A stretch of 64,000 nucleotides of DNA. Source: Alphaproteobacteria bacterium. GTDB taxonomy: Bacteria; Pseudomonadota; Alphaproteobacteria; MPNO01; UBA830. The DNA lies in the NCBI GenBank assembly GCA_964291215.2, contig OZ219790.1, positions 992,001-1,056,000 of the forward strand, in the 5' to 3' direction. Shown here piece by piece: positions 1 through 10,542 of this stretch. Each line of letters opens with the position of its first letter. Within the stretch, counting starts at the first letter, position 1. The notes under the pieces were generated by a model. That model was not told where the DNA came from. It saw only the letters and a list, made by a program, of their open reading frames with translations, and searched no databases. The translations under genes and the position numbers were made by a program.

Positions 1-228
1 GCGCCGTCTCCCGGATGCGTTTCCACATACAGATCATGCGGAGGCTGGAGCCCCGGAAGCAGCTGGCACAGCCTGCTCGTCGCCTTCGATCCAAAGTAGC
101 ACACTGGCGGTCCTCGTCGTTTTCGATGACCACCACTAAGCGAATCGGCCTGCAATGTCAAATCTCCACGTAAACCCGTTCGTTACTCTACCCCGACATC
201 AAGCCAGAACCAGGGGATGAGCAGTTAC
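1..228 (-). mobile_element. IS66-family (ISBst12-like) element, left end, cut by window edge
   Basis: Closely matches 8650-8875; ends in GAGCAGTTAC (GTAACTGCTC.. TIR on minus strand). Confidence 0.85.
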
Positions 229-323
229 CCAAAATAAACCTCAGCGCAGATCGTCACCACCGCACGAACGAACGCTTACGTGATAAGCTTCAAAGCGTGG
301 CACAATATCGCTCGAGGTGAAAA

Positions 324-2018
324 ATGACCGGCTGGGATGTCATAGTCGTCGGAGGCGGATCGGCGGGCGCCGTGATCGCAAGCCGGCTGAGCGAGGATCC
401 GGCGCGGCGCGTGCTGCTCGTCGAGGCCGGGCGCGATACCCCGCCGGGACGCGAGGGCACCGAGGTCCGCGACCCGTTCTACCGGGCGGTCTACCACAGG
501 CGCAATACCTGGCCCGGCCTAGCCGTCCAGTGGCAGCCCCTTCCCCACAACGACCCCGATTCCGTGCCGGCGATGCCATACGACCAGGCATGCGTTCTCG
601 GCGGCGGCTCATCGGTCAACGCCATGGTCGCGATTCGCGGGATCGAGGAGGATTTCAGGCAATGGGTCGGAATGGGGGCAGCGGGCTGGGGCTGGGACGA
701 TGTCCTTCCCTATTACCGGCGCCTCGAGACGGACACCGACTTCGGGGACCACCCGCTGCACGGCAATGACGGTCCGGTCTCGATCCGCCGCCACCACCGC
801 GACGAGTGGCCCGGCTTCAGCGACGCGATCGCTACCGAACTTCACCGCCACGGCTTCGACCATGTACCAGACATGAACGTCGCGCCGCGCGACGGCGTGT
901 GCTCGGTCGCCATGACCAACACGCCACATCTGCGGCAGTCGACGGCGACAACCTACCTGACCGAGGATGTGCGCGGCCGCGGCAATCTCGAGATCCGCAC
1001 CGGCAGCCGCGTCGAGCGCCTGTCCTTCGATGGCCGCAACTGCTCCGGAATCGTCGTCCAATCGGACGGAACCACGGAAACCCTGGCCGCTTCCGAGACC
1101 ATCGTCTGCGCCGGCGCCCTGCAATCGCCGGCGCTGCTCCTGCGCTCCGGCATCGGCCCGGCGGCAGAACTCCAGACTCTCGGACTCGATGTCGTTGCCG
1201 ACCGACCCGGCGTCGGCCGCAACCTCCATGAGCATCCGACCTGCATTCTCGCCGCCCATCTCCGCTACAACGGAATGCAAAATGCCAGCCTTCGCGCGGC
1301 CGCAAACACAGCGCTCCGCCATTCGTCGGGGCTCAAAGGCTGCCCTCCCCACGATCTCTACATGGGGATTGCGAACAAGGTCAGCTGGCATCCGCTCGGG
1401 CTGCGCACCGGCGCCGCGATCGTGAGCGTCGTCAAGCCGTTTTCCCGCGGCACGGTCACTCTGAAGAGCGCGAACCCGGCCGAAAACCCGCGCGTGGCGT
1501 TCCATGTCATGGAAGATGAACGCGACCTCGCGCGCATGAAGGCGGGAATGCGTCTGTTCCACGATGTGCTCCGGAGTCCGGCGGTCCGGCGCGTGACGAC
1601 CGAGCTCTTCGCCGCCACGTTTTCCGCCCGCGTGCGCACACTCAACCGTGAGACCAGAGGCAACTGGTGGAAGGCGTTCGCAGCATCGCTGCTGCTTGAG
1701 TTGCCGGGTCCCGCCCGGCGCGCGGCCCTCTACGGCCTGGTCGCCCCGGGAAGCAGGCTCGACGCCATATTCGCCAGCGATGAAACGCTCGAAGACTGGA
1801 TTCGCGCCAACTGCCGCGGCTTTTTCCATCCGGTCGGCACCTGCAGGATTGGCGACGCGGGAGACGGCCTCGCTGTCGTCGATCCGGCCGGCCGCGTTTA
1901 TGGCGTTGAGCGCCTGCGGGTTGCCGACGCCTCGATAATGCCCGTCATCGTAAGCGCCAACACCAACCTCACCGCGATCATGATCGGCGAGAAGATTGCC
2001 GACGCCGCACGGGCATAG
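324..2018 (+). CDS. GMC oxidoreductase (choline dehydrogenase/HMF-oxidase-like flavoprotein)
   Basis: GGGSAG FAD motif, LGGGSSVNAM, HPVGTC, ANTN; GAGG RBS. Confidence 0.92.
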   Translation: MTGWDVIVVGGGSAGAVIASRLSEDPARRVLLVEAGRDTPPGREGTEVRDPFYRAVYHRRNTWPGLAVQWQPLPHNDPDSVPAMPYDQACVLGGGSSVNAMVAIRGIEEDFRQWVGMGAAGWGWDDVLPYYRRLETDTDFGDHPLHGNDGPVSIRRHHRDEWPGFSDAIATELHRHGFDHVPDMNVAPRDGVCSVAMTNTPHLRQSTATTYLTEDVRGRGNLEIRTGSRVERLSFDGRNCSGIVVQSDGTTETLAASETIVCAGALQSPALLLRSGIGPAAELQTLGLDVVADRPGVGRNLHEHPTCILAAHLRYNGMQNASLRAAANTALRHSSGLKGCPPHDLYMGIANKVSWHPLGLRTGAAIVSVVKPFSRGTVTLKSANPAENPRVAFHVMEDERDLARMKAGMRLFHDVLRSPAVRRVTTELFAATFSARVRTLNRETRGNWWKAFAASLLLELPGPARRAALYGLVAPGSRLDAIFASDETLEDWIRANCRGFFHPVGTCRIGDAGDGLAVVDPAGRVYGVERLRVADASIMPVIVSANTNLTAIMIGEKIADAARA

Positions 2019-2022
2019 AAGG

Positions 2023-2215
2023 CACGACGATCCCATGCTAATTCGGAGACGCGAAATCCGAATGCGTTGGGGCTCGGCTCATCACAGATCGCCTCCTTGA
2101 TCGCAATTTTCGTGCCGAGAAGGCCCCATCGAGTCTTGGCGGCACGATTGCAGCGCGACGCAAACTGAGAAAATCTCGCCAGTCGTCGCCGGATTAGCAG
2201 CGTGGGATCACCGTG
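2023..2215 (+). mobile_element. MITE-A copy 1 (193 bp)
   Basis: TIR CACGACGATCCCATGCT / AGCGTGGGATCACCGTG; flanks GCATAGAAGG (2013-2022) and GCATAGCAGG (2216-2225). Confidence 0.9.
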
Positions 2216-2235
2216 GCATAGCAGGGGACAGTATC

Positions 2236-3132
2236 ATGGCACGAATCGCGTTTATCGGCCTCGGCAACATGGGCAAGCCGATGTCGGCCAATCTCGTCAA
2301 GGCCGGGCATGAGGTGCGCGGTCACGACATCGTCGAGAGCAAGATCGAGGACGCCGCCCGCAACGGCGTCCTGCCCGCCACATCGAACAGAGAAGCGGCC
2401 GAAAGCGCGGATTTCGTGTTCACGATGCTCCCCACGGGCAGGGAAGTCCGCGAAGTGCTCGTCGATGTCGACCGGATACTGGATTTAACAGGCGACCGAA
2501 CGATAGTCGTCGACTCCTCGACCACCGATCTCGAGAGTACCGACTACATCCACAAAGCGGCCGTCGAACGCGGCGTCGCCCTCGTCGATTCGCCGGTATC
2601 CGGAGGCATGTCGGGCGCTGAGGCCGCCACGCTGACATTCATGGCCGGGGGAGATGCGGCGGCGGTTGACCGCGCCGAACCGCTGTTCATGGCGATGGGA
2701 CGGAAACTCGTCCGAGCGGGCGGGCCGAGCGCGGGCCAGGCGGTCAAGGTGTGCAACAACATGCTGCTCGGGATCTCGATGGTCGGCGCATGCGAGGCCC
2801 TCGTGCTCGGCGAGGCGGCCGGCGTCGACCGCCAGGTCCTGTTCGACGTCATGTCCACATCGACCGGAAGCTGCTGGTCGATCAACCACAACTGCCCGAT
2901 CCCGGGAGTGGTCCCAACTGCGCCGGCAAACAACAACTACCAACCGGGTTTCACGGCGCGGCTGATGCTGAAGGATCTCTCGCTGGCTCGCGAAGCGGCG
3001 CTCAAGACCGGGGCGGCTACGCCGCTCGGCGAGCATGCCCGTGCGCTTTACGAGAAATTCTGCGAGGAACGCGACAGCGAGCGGGATTTCTCGGCAATGA
3101 TCGGCATGTTGCGGGACATGCGGCAGGCCTAA
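2236..3132 (+). CDS. mmsB: 3-hydroxyisobutyrate dehydrogenase
   Basis: IAFIGLGNMG, DSPVSGG, KVCNNM, STGSCWS..NCP.PG motifs. Confidence 0.93.
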   Translation: MARIAFIGLGNMGKPMSANLVKAGHEVRGHDIVESKIEDAARNGVLPATSNREAAESADFVFTMLPTGREVREVLVDVDRILDLTGDRTIVVDSSTTDLESTDYIHKAAVERGVALVDSPVSGGMSGAEAATLTFMAGGDAAAVDRAEPLFMAMGRKLVRAGGPSAGQAVKVCNNMLLGISMVGACEALVLGEAAGVDRQVLFDVMSTSTGSCWSINHNCPIPGVVPTAPANNNYQPGFTARLMLKDLSLAREAALKTGAATPLGEHARALYEKFCEERDSERDFSAMIGMLRDMRQA

Positions 3133-3299
3133 CGACAATCCTGCAATCCCCACCGGATCCCGGTCGCGTCAGATGCTGGTGTATCTCCGGCCTGGCGCGA
3201 AGATCCGGGACCGGCTGCCCGGCCGGTTTCCCGCGCAGGCACGAAGATACCGGCCGATGCGTACGCCCCGGTGTCGCTCCCGACGCGCCGGCCGGGATC

Positions 3300-3978
3300 A
3301 TCACGAGAGTGATGGAATACGGCGCTCGGGCAGACGCCCGATGGCAGGGAGGCAGCTGTTTTCGCTGCTTTCGTTCCAGAGCCCGGTCCGCCCATGTTTA
3401 CGCTTGTTGGCATCGTCCATGGTCACGATCAGATCCCACCACTGGTCAGGAACCCACTCATCGCTAGACCCATCCTGGTGCAGCATCATTCCAACCATCG
3501 GGCGGCGGGGCCGCTTGCGTCGATGAGCTCCACGGCGGGGTGCGGGCTGAATCCGACCGCGGCTTTGCAACGTCAGACGGACCCAGTTGTAGCTCCGAGT
3601 GAAACCGTGGGGTTCCACCAGCTTTTCGTGGAAATGTTTCGGGGTGTAATCCCAGTACTGCGTGTCGAACAACCTTGGCATTTCCGTAACCGTATCGGTC
3701 GGACCACGGTTGTTGGCGAGTTTGCAAGACGGCGGTCATACAGACCTTCCGCACCGTCCGCTTCAAAGCGATCCTCCCAACGCCGGACAGTGCGTATGGA
3801 TACCCCCAATATCTCCACAGCCTGCTCCTGCGTCAGCTTGCCTGCGGTACGTTTCGAATACACATCTTCGAACTTTCTGTAACACTTCTGCTTGGTTCAT
3901 CGCGCCTCCTTTCGGGAGCGCGAAGATGCTGGACAGATCGCTTGTTACATCGACCGGACAGATCGCACGTTAGCGACA
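3300..3978 (-). mobile_element. IS1202-like (ISNCY/IS481-related) remnant; frameshifted, 3'-truncated transposase
   Basis: HTH LTQEQAVEILGVSIRTVRRW; HQDGS..W..WDLIVTMDDA; TGT terminus at 3978 with repeated GGACAGATCG sites. Confidence 0.8.
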
Positions 3979-4442
3979 GGCGAAGCAGGTTGATCTTACG
4001 CTAAATTCTGTTTGATTTTTCAAGGCAGCACCTGGGTTTAGGGGGGCGAGGAGATTTTTTTACAGTTTTCGCTGGCTTTCCTGCACTGGAGTTGTCATGG
4101 TGCGGGGATGTCGGTTCACAAGCACATCGCGTCCTGTCCGATTCACGTCGCAGCTCCGGAAGGGTCTGTCCGAGCGTCCCCGGACATGGTAACGTGATCG
4201 TCGTCAATCGAGTTCCAGGTGTCCCGTCCACAAGCCGCGCGGCGTCTCCTCGATGTCGGCCTCGACGATGATCTGCAGACATTCTCCCCAAGCCGTGTCG
4301 TAGAGGGAGGCTGTCGAGACAGTTCCGATAGTGCTCCTGCACCGCACCGAGCCACCGCATCGCACCAGCGTTGCGCACGGGAACGATGGGGCTTTCGGTG
4401 GTGGAGGTGGGGGCCTTGCGGCGCGCGGCGCTGCCTCTCGGC

Positions 4443-5427
4443 AGGGCCGTGTCTCCTTCGCTCACTCACCGGTGCTTCAGGCAACGCTACTGTCGCAGCA
4501 AGGTGTTCGCCAGAGCTTGCGCATCACGGCGACGATTGCGACCTTGCTTGCCGGCAGTCTTGAGGCGCACCAGGTCCGCGTTGAAGCGTGCCGGTTGCGG
4601 CCAGGAGATCGCGTGGCCTTCGGCGCCCGCCACGGATGTGCCGAGCACCGTGGTCGTTGGCGCCACCCCGATCAAGGCTGCCGACGCTGCCGAGTTCGGG
4701 CATCCAGAAGGGCCGCGGCGGTCACCGGATCGAGGTCAGGATGGCGTAGCTCTGCTCGGGATCACCGGCGATCACCGCTTTGATCGCCGCACCGGCGATC
4801 ATCGAGATCGGCCGCCGAGGCCCTTGTGACGGTCTCGCCATCCACCTCATCTGCCACGCGTCGACAAGCGCGCCACCAGGAGATCCTCCAGGTTCTTGAG
4901 GAAGGCGGAGCCACAGGCTCACCGTGCCGATCTTGGCGTCGACGCGGTTGGCCCATCGCCTCGGCGAAGCGCCCGCAACGGGTTGACGAGGATAACCTCG
5001 AAGCTCCGGTCATGAAGACACTGGTGAACCTTGCGGTGATAGCGGCCTGTCGCCCACCACCCGGCTCACCCCGAGGCCACCTGCCCGCCAGCTCGTGGCG
5101 TCGTTCGCAAAACAATGCGCCAGATGTCCAGACTGGCTGACCCCTGCTACTAGCTTGACCATCGCTCCTCGCCTTGTGATGATACGGGTTCAAACCCAAG
5201 CATCCAGCGAGGGACGTCAAGGGAGGTTGCCAAACTCGGACGCGGCTCTGTCAAGGTCGAAACGGCAACCTCCGCGGAGATCGTTTGATCCCCTGTGCGT
5301 GTTCGCGCAGGGGAGCGGAATCTCTCTGCAACCATGGACCGGACGCTCTCCCACAGATCCACATTTTCCCGCCCCCAACCGCTGTGGATGATTTCATCAT
5401 CAAGGGGACAAAACCTTGTCATACAAG
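4443..5427 (-). mobile_element. IS110-family element, degenerate recombinase (ATG ~5162) with ~260-bp non-coding leader
   Basis: Fragments MVKLVAGV, VNPLR..FAEAMGQ..VDAKI, YAILTSI, MPELG, IGVAP, ANTLLRQ; (C)CT core repeated at both ends (AGG at 4443-4445 and 5426-5428 on plus). Confidence 0.8.
5163..5425 (-). ncRNA. Putative IS110 bridge RNA locus
   Basis: Stem GGAGGTTGCC (5222-5231) / GGCAACCTCC (5264-5273) plus second stem-loop 5172-5222; loop sequences match element junctions. Confidence 0.6.
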
Positions 5428-6992
5428 GTCGAGGTTCGCGAAGCCTGAGGAGCGTCCGCTGCGTTGATGGACGACTATCTCGGGTTTCGCCGTCTGGCGG
5501 GGCTGCGCCATGTTGCGTCCTTCAGGGGGCAGTGGTCTGGCCGGGTCCTTCAAGTGCCGCGACCGGTGGCTGGAAGCCGGAGCAGCAGTGGCTTGATCTG
5601 ACAACACGCGACTGCTTGCGGCGCCGGGAACGTTTCCGAACCTTGCCTCCTTCTTTCTTGCGACGCGGCGGCTGGCCGACGACTGGGCCTGCGGCCACCA
5701 GGTGGCGGAGACGTTCTGCGATCCGGCGTGTTTTGCGGGCACAAGGCGGCGGGCTGGAGTGCCAGGGGGGGTGCCCGTGCCAACGGGCGCTGCACCGACC
5801 CCCATGGCAAGGAGATTTTCGTTGTGCGGCGCGACGGTTGCTGTCGCAGGCGCTGCGGTGGTGCCGCCTGACTCCTCGCTCCCCGGGGTTCCGAGGTGAT
5901 GCGTTCGCTGCACGACGAGCTGGCGGCGATCGAGGACTTCCGCCGCGCAGGAAGCACACGGTGTGCTCACGTTCTCGCCGAGCTTGCGAACATGAAAGGC
6001 AGCTGCGCAGTTTGCGCGGTCGCTGTCCCGGGACGAGCTCGAGGCCATCGGCGGAACCCGAGGACGGGGTTGCGCGAGCCGCCCTCCAAGGCGACCCTCC
6101 ACCGGGCAGTCGATCGACCCCGAGGCGCTCGAGGACATGCTCGGGCGCCGGCTCGCCCGGGCACTTGCCGCCGACGGCAAGCGCATCCGCGGCGCCAACC
6201 GCAACGGCCGCCACGAGATCGTGGCCCTCACGCCTCCGGCGCACCCTTCGCGCCGTTGAACTTCGACGACGGCGAGCCGGCGGCCACCTCATCGAGCGCG
6301 CTGATATCCGCGGCAAGGTGATCACCCGCACGACGCCGGCGACGCTGATCACCCGGCGCTGCGGCGCAGACTATGTCTTCCCGGTCAAGGGCGCCCGAAA
6401 CCTTCGACGGCATCGACTGGGAGCCAGCGGTCGCTTCAAGGAGGCAAGGCCCGCCTCGAGCAGCGATCGATACGTGCCGCTCAAGGGCTTGATCAACCAC
6501 CCCGGCAGATCGCCCGCATCAAGCGCTGCCGCGAACCGCTGGGAAAGAGCGCCAGCGGCGCAGCGAGCGGCAACGACTGTACATCATCACCTCGCTCGAT
6601 GCGCAACACGCGTCGCCAGAGGAACTGCTGCGGCCGCGGGCCGTGGAAAACATGAACCACCGAGACTGCGTCTTCGGCGAAGACGCCTGCCTGACCCGCA
6701 AACCGCGCCAGCCTCAACAACATCGCGCTCGCGGTGATCTTCGCCAACCGACGCGAGAGCCTCGCCGAAACACGGCTGCAGCTCAACCACCGGGAAGCCG
6801 TCGCAGCCCTGAGCGCCAATGGTGTCCGGCCGATTCCCGGACGCCGCCCACATCCCGCCCACATCCCGAAAACAACCCGCCCACGCGCCGATAACGCCGC
6901 CGGCGACGACCGCGGACGGCTCCGAGGCCGGAAAACCCGGCACGCTGTGAAACCTCCGGACAGCGGAAGACAGCAAAATTGAATGCAGCGTG
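5428..6992 (+). mobile_element. ISAs1-family transposase pseudogene with N-terminal DUF4338-like domain; 5' part probably at ~4386-4442, split by IS110
   Basis: YLGFRRLAG, WKPEQQ, AETFCDP..FAGT; PPSKATLHR, ADGKRIRG, ADYVFPVKG, YIITSL, VENMNH.RD.VFGED spread over shifting frames. Confidence 0.78.
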
Positions 6993-7013
6993 GGAAACAC
7001 CTGCAGGCGAAAG

Positions 7014-7197
7014 CAGGACCATTCTGTTGTCGCGGTCGGCGGCGGACAACCGCGTCAGAGTGGCCGTTCTTGAAGTTGGTGGCACCGTCTCAAGGTCGGA
7101 ACCGGCATATCGACAACGAAATCCGCTCCCGAATGGACCTCCAGATCTGCCTACAACACTCCCTCGTCGGACGAAACCGGACAAAAGAAGAGCCCTG
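7014..7197. mobile_element. MITE-B, ISAs1-like non-autonomous element (184 bp)
   Basis: Imperfect TIR CAGGACCATTCT / AGAAGAGCCCTG; perfect 10-bp TSD CAGGCGAAAG (7004-7013, 7198-7207). Confidence 0.75.
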
Positions 7198-7215
7198 CAG
7201 GCGAAAGCCCGGTAT

Positions 7216-7245
7216 TTGACAAAAGAAATATCTATGTTATATCTT
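7216..7245 (+). promoter_or_regulatory. sigma70-like promoter overlapped by NsrR-like box (original DUF1971-nnrS promoter)
   Basis: TTGACA at 7216; 23-bp imperfect palindrome AAGAAATATCTATGTTATATCTT at 7223-7245. Confidence 0.6.
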
Positions 7246-7255
7246 ATAGTGATGG

Positions 7256-8875
7256 GTATCTACTCACCCCTAGTTGGGTTCTGATTGGTCGTAGTGCTCG
7301 TTGATGATGTCTGCGGCTTTTCCGTCGAGGGCGATCTGGGTTGCGACGTGATGATTGTAGCCGAGTGCGGCCATGGAGGTGAGGTAGCTTGAGCCCCGGC
7401 ACCATGCTTTTGCGTGGAGCGGAAGCATCCGGACACCTTGACCTTTGCCATCCTGATCTTCTGTTCTCCGGCATTGTTGGTGAAGCTGACATCGGGGTCG
7501 TCTGTGAAGCGCAGGTTTTCGTGTTTCACGAGACGTTCGTGCAGGTTGTGCGCGTTTGCGTCCACGTTTTCCTTTCGTCGGGATGTCGGGCAGTTCCTTG
7601 GCGCCCTGATGGTGCGGTAGCGCTTGCGCCCGGCGTCGTTCAGGGTCTTGGATGCGCTCTTGTTGACCTTGTGGCAGACCTCGCGGAGCAGGCTCTTCAT
7701 CAGTCGCGCGGTAGCCTCGACGACAAAGGTCAGTTCGCGCAGCAGGTGGCTACCGCACAGCTGGTGGCTACACTGGCCCATGTACGAGGCCCAGGACGCC
7801 CTTGTAACACGGGATGATGCCGATCTCTTGCCTCCCGGCCGCGCTTGCGGTGCGGGAACTTGCACGTCAGGGTCCCACGACATGGAGCCACTTGCTGTTG
7901 ATCCGAAATCGTCGACATCGGGCGTTGCAGGAGGTGCGCCACGGCGGCCTCCTCCCATGACGCATCGTGAAAGCATAGCCGAGGCAGGTTGCCTCGGAGA
8001 GCTTGATGCCGGAGATCGCCTGCACGAGCGCGACGGCGCAGGGACAGCATTTGGGCGACCAGCAGGTTGATGACGAGGGCCTGAATGCCGATGCCGTACT
8101 GCACGGGATGTTGTCGGGGAACCGGCCCTTGGTTCGGGCCTTGCACTTCGGGCATTCCTTGATCTCGACGCGGCGCTCGACGACCTCGAACACGATGTCG
8201 TGCGGCACTCCCGATCGACGGGGCCGTCGATGTCAGCGCCGCAGGCGTCGCAGGCCGCGACCGTCTCCTCGACGATAGTCTTGCGCAGGTTGTCGCCCAT
8301 CTGCCGGTTCGGCTTCGGGCCCTTGCCGTTGCTCCCGGCATGCTTCGCGCTCTCGTCCTTGTCCGTCTGTGACGACGGCAGACCGGAGTTCCGGCTCGTG
8401 CGTGGTCTTCTCCAGAAGGACGACGATGAGGATGTCGAGCAGGATGACGAAGACGCGGATCACGGCCTCTTCCGCCACCTTGCCGGCAGCGCCGCGATCC
8501 GGGTCTTGGCCGCTTCGAACTCCTCGCGCGCCGCGTTGACCGTCGCCATCACCCGGCCTCGACGGTCATGATCGTCGCAAGCATCGCTTGGCGCTCGCCC
8601 GGCGGCATCTTCCGGTACTCCGCCGCCCGGCCTTGCGCTTCATCAGCACGCCGCCTCCGAGATGCGTTTCCACATACAGATCATGCGGGGGCTGGAGCCC
8701 CGGAAGCAGCTGGCACAGCCCGCTCGTCGCCTTCGATCTAAAGTAGCCCACTGGCGATCCTCGTCGTTCTCGATTACCACCACTAAACGAATCGGCCTGC
8801 AGTGTCAAATCTCCACGAAAACCCGTTCATTACTCTACCCCGACATCAAGCCGAAACCAGAGGGTGAGCAGTTAC
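7256..8875 (-). mobile_element. IS66-family (single-ORF ISBst12-like) element with complete ends and decayed transposase
   Basis: TIRs GTATCTACTCACCC / GGGTGAGCAGTTAC; 8-bp TSD AGTGATGG (7248-7255, 8876-8883); ECPKC, HQLCGSHLLREL, FTNNAGEQ.IRMAKVK.SGCFRS. Confidence 0.92.
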
Positions 8876-8946
8876 AGTGATGGATAATGCTGTGTCCCGT
8901 CATGTTGGTGTGTCTAGGGAGGAGCGCATCCAACAGGAGAAAGACC

Positions 8947-9232
8947 ATGGGAACCGCCATGAAGACGCTGCCGTAGAGTGTCGTGTGCTACCGCAGGTCG
9001 CCGGACTTCGGCGAAGGATCGATCCCGGAAAGCCTGCAGTCTTCGCACCGGACCAATGCTAGGACCTGGGCGCGGATCGTCATCCTGGAAGGACGGCTGC
9101 GCTACCGCATCCTGGAGCCCGACATCTCGAAAACCGAGCTCCGCCCAACGAGCCGGGATCGTCGAACCCAAGGTCGCGCATGCGGTCGAGGCCAAAGGCA
9201 AGGTCCGGTTCTTCGTCGAGTTTTATCGCTGA
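8947..9232 (+). pseudogene. DUF1971 (YeaR/TehB N-terminal-like) pseudogene
   Basis: RBS + ATG; in-frame TAG at 8974; YRRSPDF..SIP..L...H.T...TWARI.ILEG.L.Y, frameshift, then IVEP..AHAV...G.VRFFVEFYR. Confidence 0.8.
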
Positions 9233-9290
9233 CAGCGAGCGTTGCGACGCGGCCCGGCCAGGGGTCGGCGCTCGCGCCGGGAGAAGGATC

Positions 9291-10490
9291 ATAAGCGCCG
9301 ACATATCGAACCGGACCCGCCTCGAATGGCGCCGCCGCTACGCGGGACCATACTTTCTGAGCGAGGGCTTCCGCCCTCTGTTTCTGCTCTCCGGGCTCTG
9401 GGCAACGCTATCCGTTCCCCTCTGGCTCGGTGTCTGGACAGGCGAGATTCCCTATTCCGGCCTGTTCACTCCGGCGGCGTGGCACGTTCACGAGATGGTT
9501 TTCGGTTACGTCGGGGCCGCGCTCGCCGGGTTCGTTCTGACCGCGGTGCCGAACTGGACCGGCCGCCTGCCGGTACGCGGGATCCCGCTGGCGCTGATGG
9601 CCCTTGCCTGGATCTCCGGCCGGGCCGCCGTCTGGTGGAGCGCGGAGACCGGGCCGGTTCCCGCGGCACTGGCGGATCTTGCGTTCCTGAGCGCGCTCGC
9701 GGCACTGGTCGCCAACGAGATCGTGGCCGGCCGTAACTGGCGCAACCTGCCGGTGCTCGCCGGACTGGTCGCAATGGTCGCAGCCAACGCTCTGTTTCAT
9801 GTGTCGGCGACAGGGCCAGCCGGTCTCGGAGACTCGGCCAGGCGGCTCTCCATCGCCGTTATCGCCATGCTTCTGGCCTTGATCGGTGGACGCGTCGTGC
9901 CGAGCTTCACGCGCAACTGGTTCGCGAAACACTCGGGGCCGCGCATTGCCACCCCGATGGACCGGTTCGATCGGGCGGCCCTCGCGGCGACGGCGCTCGC
10001 GCTTGCCATCTGGGCGGCGGCGGGATCGTCCGTCGTCTGCGGCGTCCTGCTGTCGATCTCGGGCACGCTGAATCTGGCGCGACTGGCACGCTGGCGAGGC
10101 TGGAACGCAGCTGCCGAACCACTCGTGACGGTGCTGCATGCCGGTTACCTGTGGCTTGCGCTCGGCCTCGGTCTGCTCGGACTGTCGATGCTATCGGACC
10201 GGATACCCGAACCGCTGGCGCTGCATGTCCTCTCGATCGGCGCCTTCGGCACCATGACACTGGCAGTCATGACCCGCACGGTGCTCGGCCATACCGGGCG
10301 GGTGCTCCGCGCCGGGCCTTCAACGGTGGCTATCTACGGCCTGGCAACGCTCGCGGTACTCGCCCGCGCAATGTTCGAGATCGTGCCGGACACGATCCTG
10401 CTCTGGGCGGCCGGCGCTAGCTGGTCGCTCGCTTTCGCACTGTTCACGGGCATCTATGCGCCGATGCTGCTGCGGCCGCGCAAGGTGTGA
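9291..10490 (+). CDS. nnrS: NnrS-family NO-response membrane protein (apparent ATA start; may be an incipient pseudogene)
   Basis: GFRPLFL, WHVHEMVFG, LTAVPNWTG, GGRVVPSFTRNW, MTRTVLGHTGR. Confidence 0.9.
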   Translation: MSADISNRTRLEWRRRYAGPYFLSEGFRPLFLLSGLWATLSVPLWLGVWTGEIPYSGLFTPAAWHVHEMVFGYVGAALAGFVLTAVPNWTGRLPVRGIPLALMALAWISGRAAVWWSAETGPVPAALADLAFLSALAALVANEIVAGRNWRNLPVLAGLVAMVAANALFHVSATGPAGLGDSARRLSIAVIAMLLALIGGRVVPSFTRNWFAKHSGPRIATPMDRFDRAALAATALALAIWAAAGSSVVCGVLLSISGTLNLARLARWRGWNAAAEPLVTVLHAGYLWLALGLGLLGLSMLSDRIPEPLALHVLSIGAFGTMTLAVMTRTVLGHTGRVLRAGPSTVAIYGLATLAVLARAMFEIVPDTILLWAAGASWSLAFALFTGIYAPMLLRPRKV

Positions 10491-10542
10491 TGTCGGCCGA
10501 TCATGCCCGCCCGTTTCCGCTCGTAGGCAACCCGGCGCCCGA

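Noticed and set aside
3979-4006. Possible dif/xrs site next to the IS1202-like end (TTACGCTAAAT resembles a XerD arm)
   Set aside because: The XerC arm position (GGCGAAGCAGG) does not match consensus; too weak to call
4010-4330. Probable additional transposase C-terminal relic
   Set aside because: Too degraded to assign a family or boundaries by eye
8974-8976. In-frame TAG in DUF1971 as recoding (pyrrolysine or alternative code)
   Set aside because: TAG ends normal genes here (GMC, pdxH, infB) and the same gene also has a frameshift
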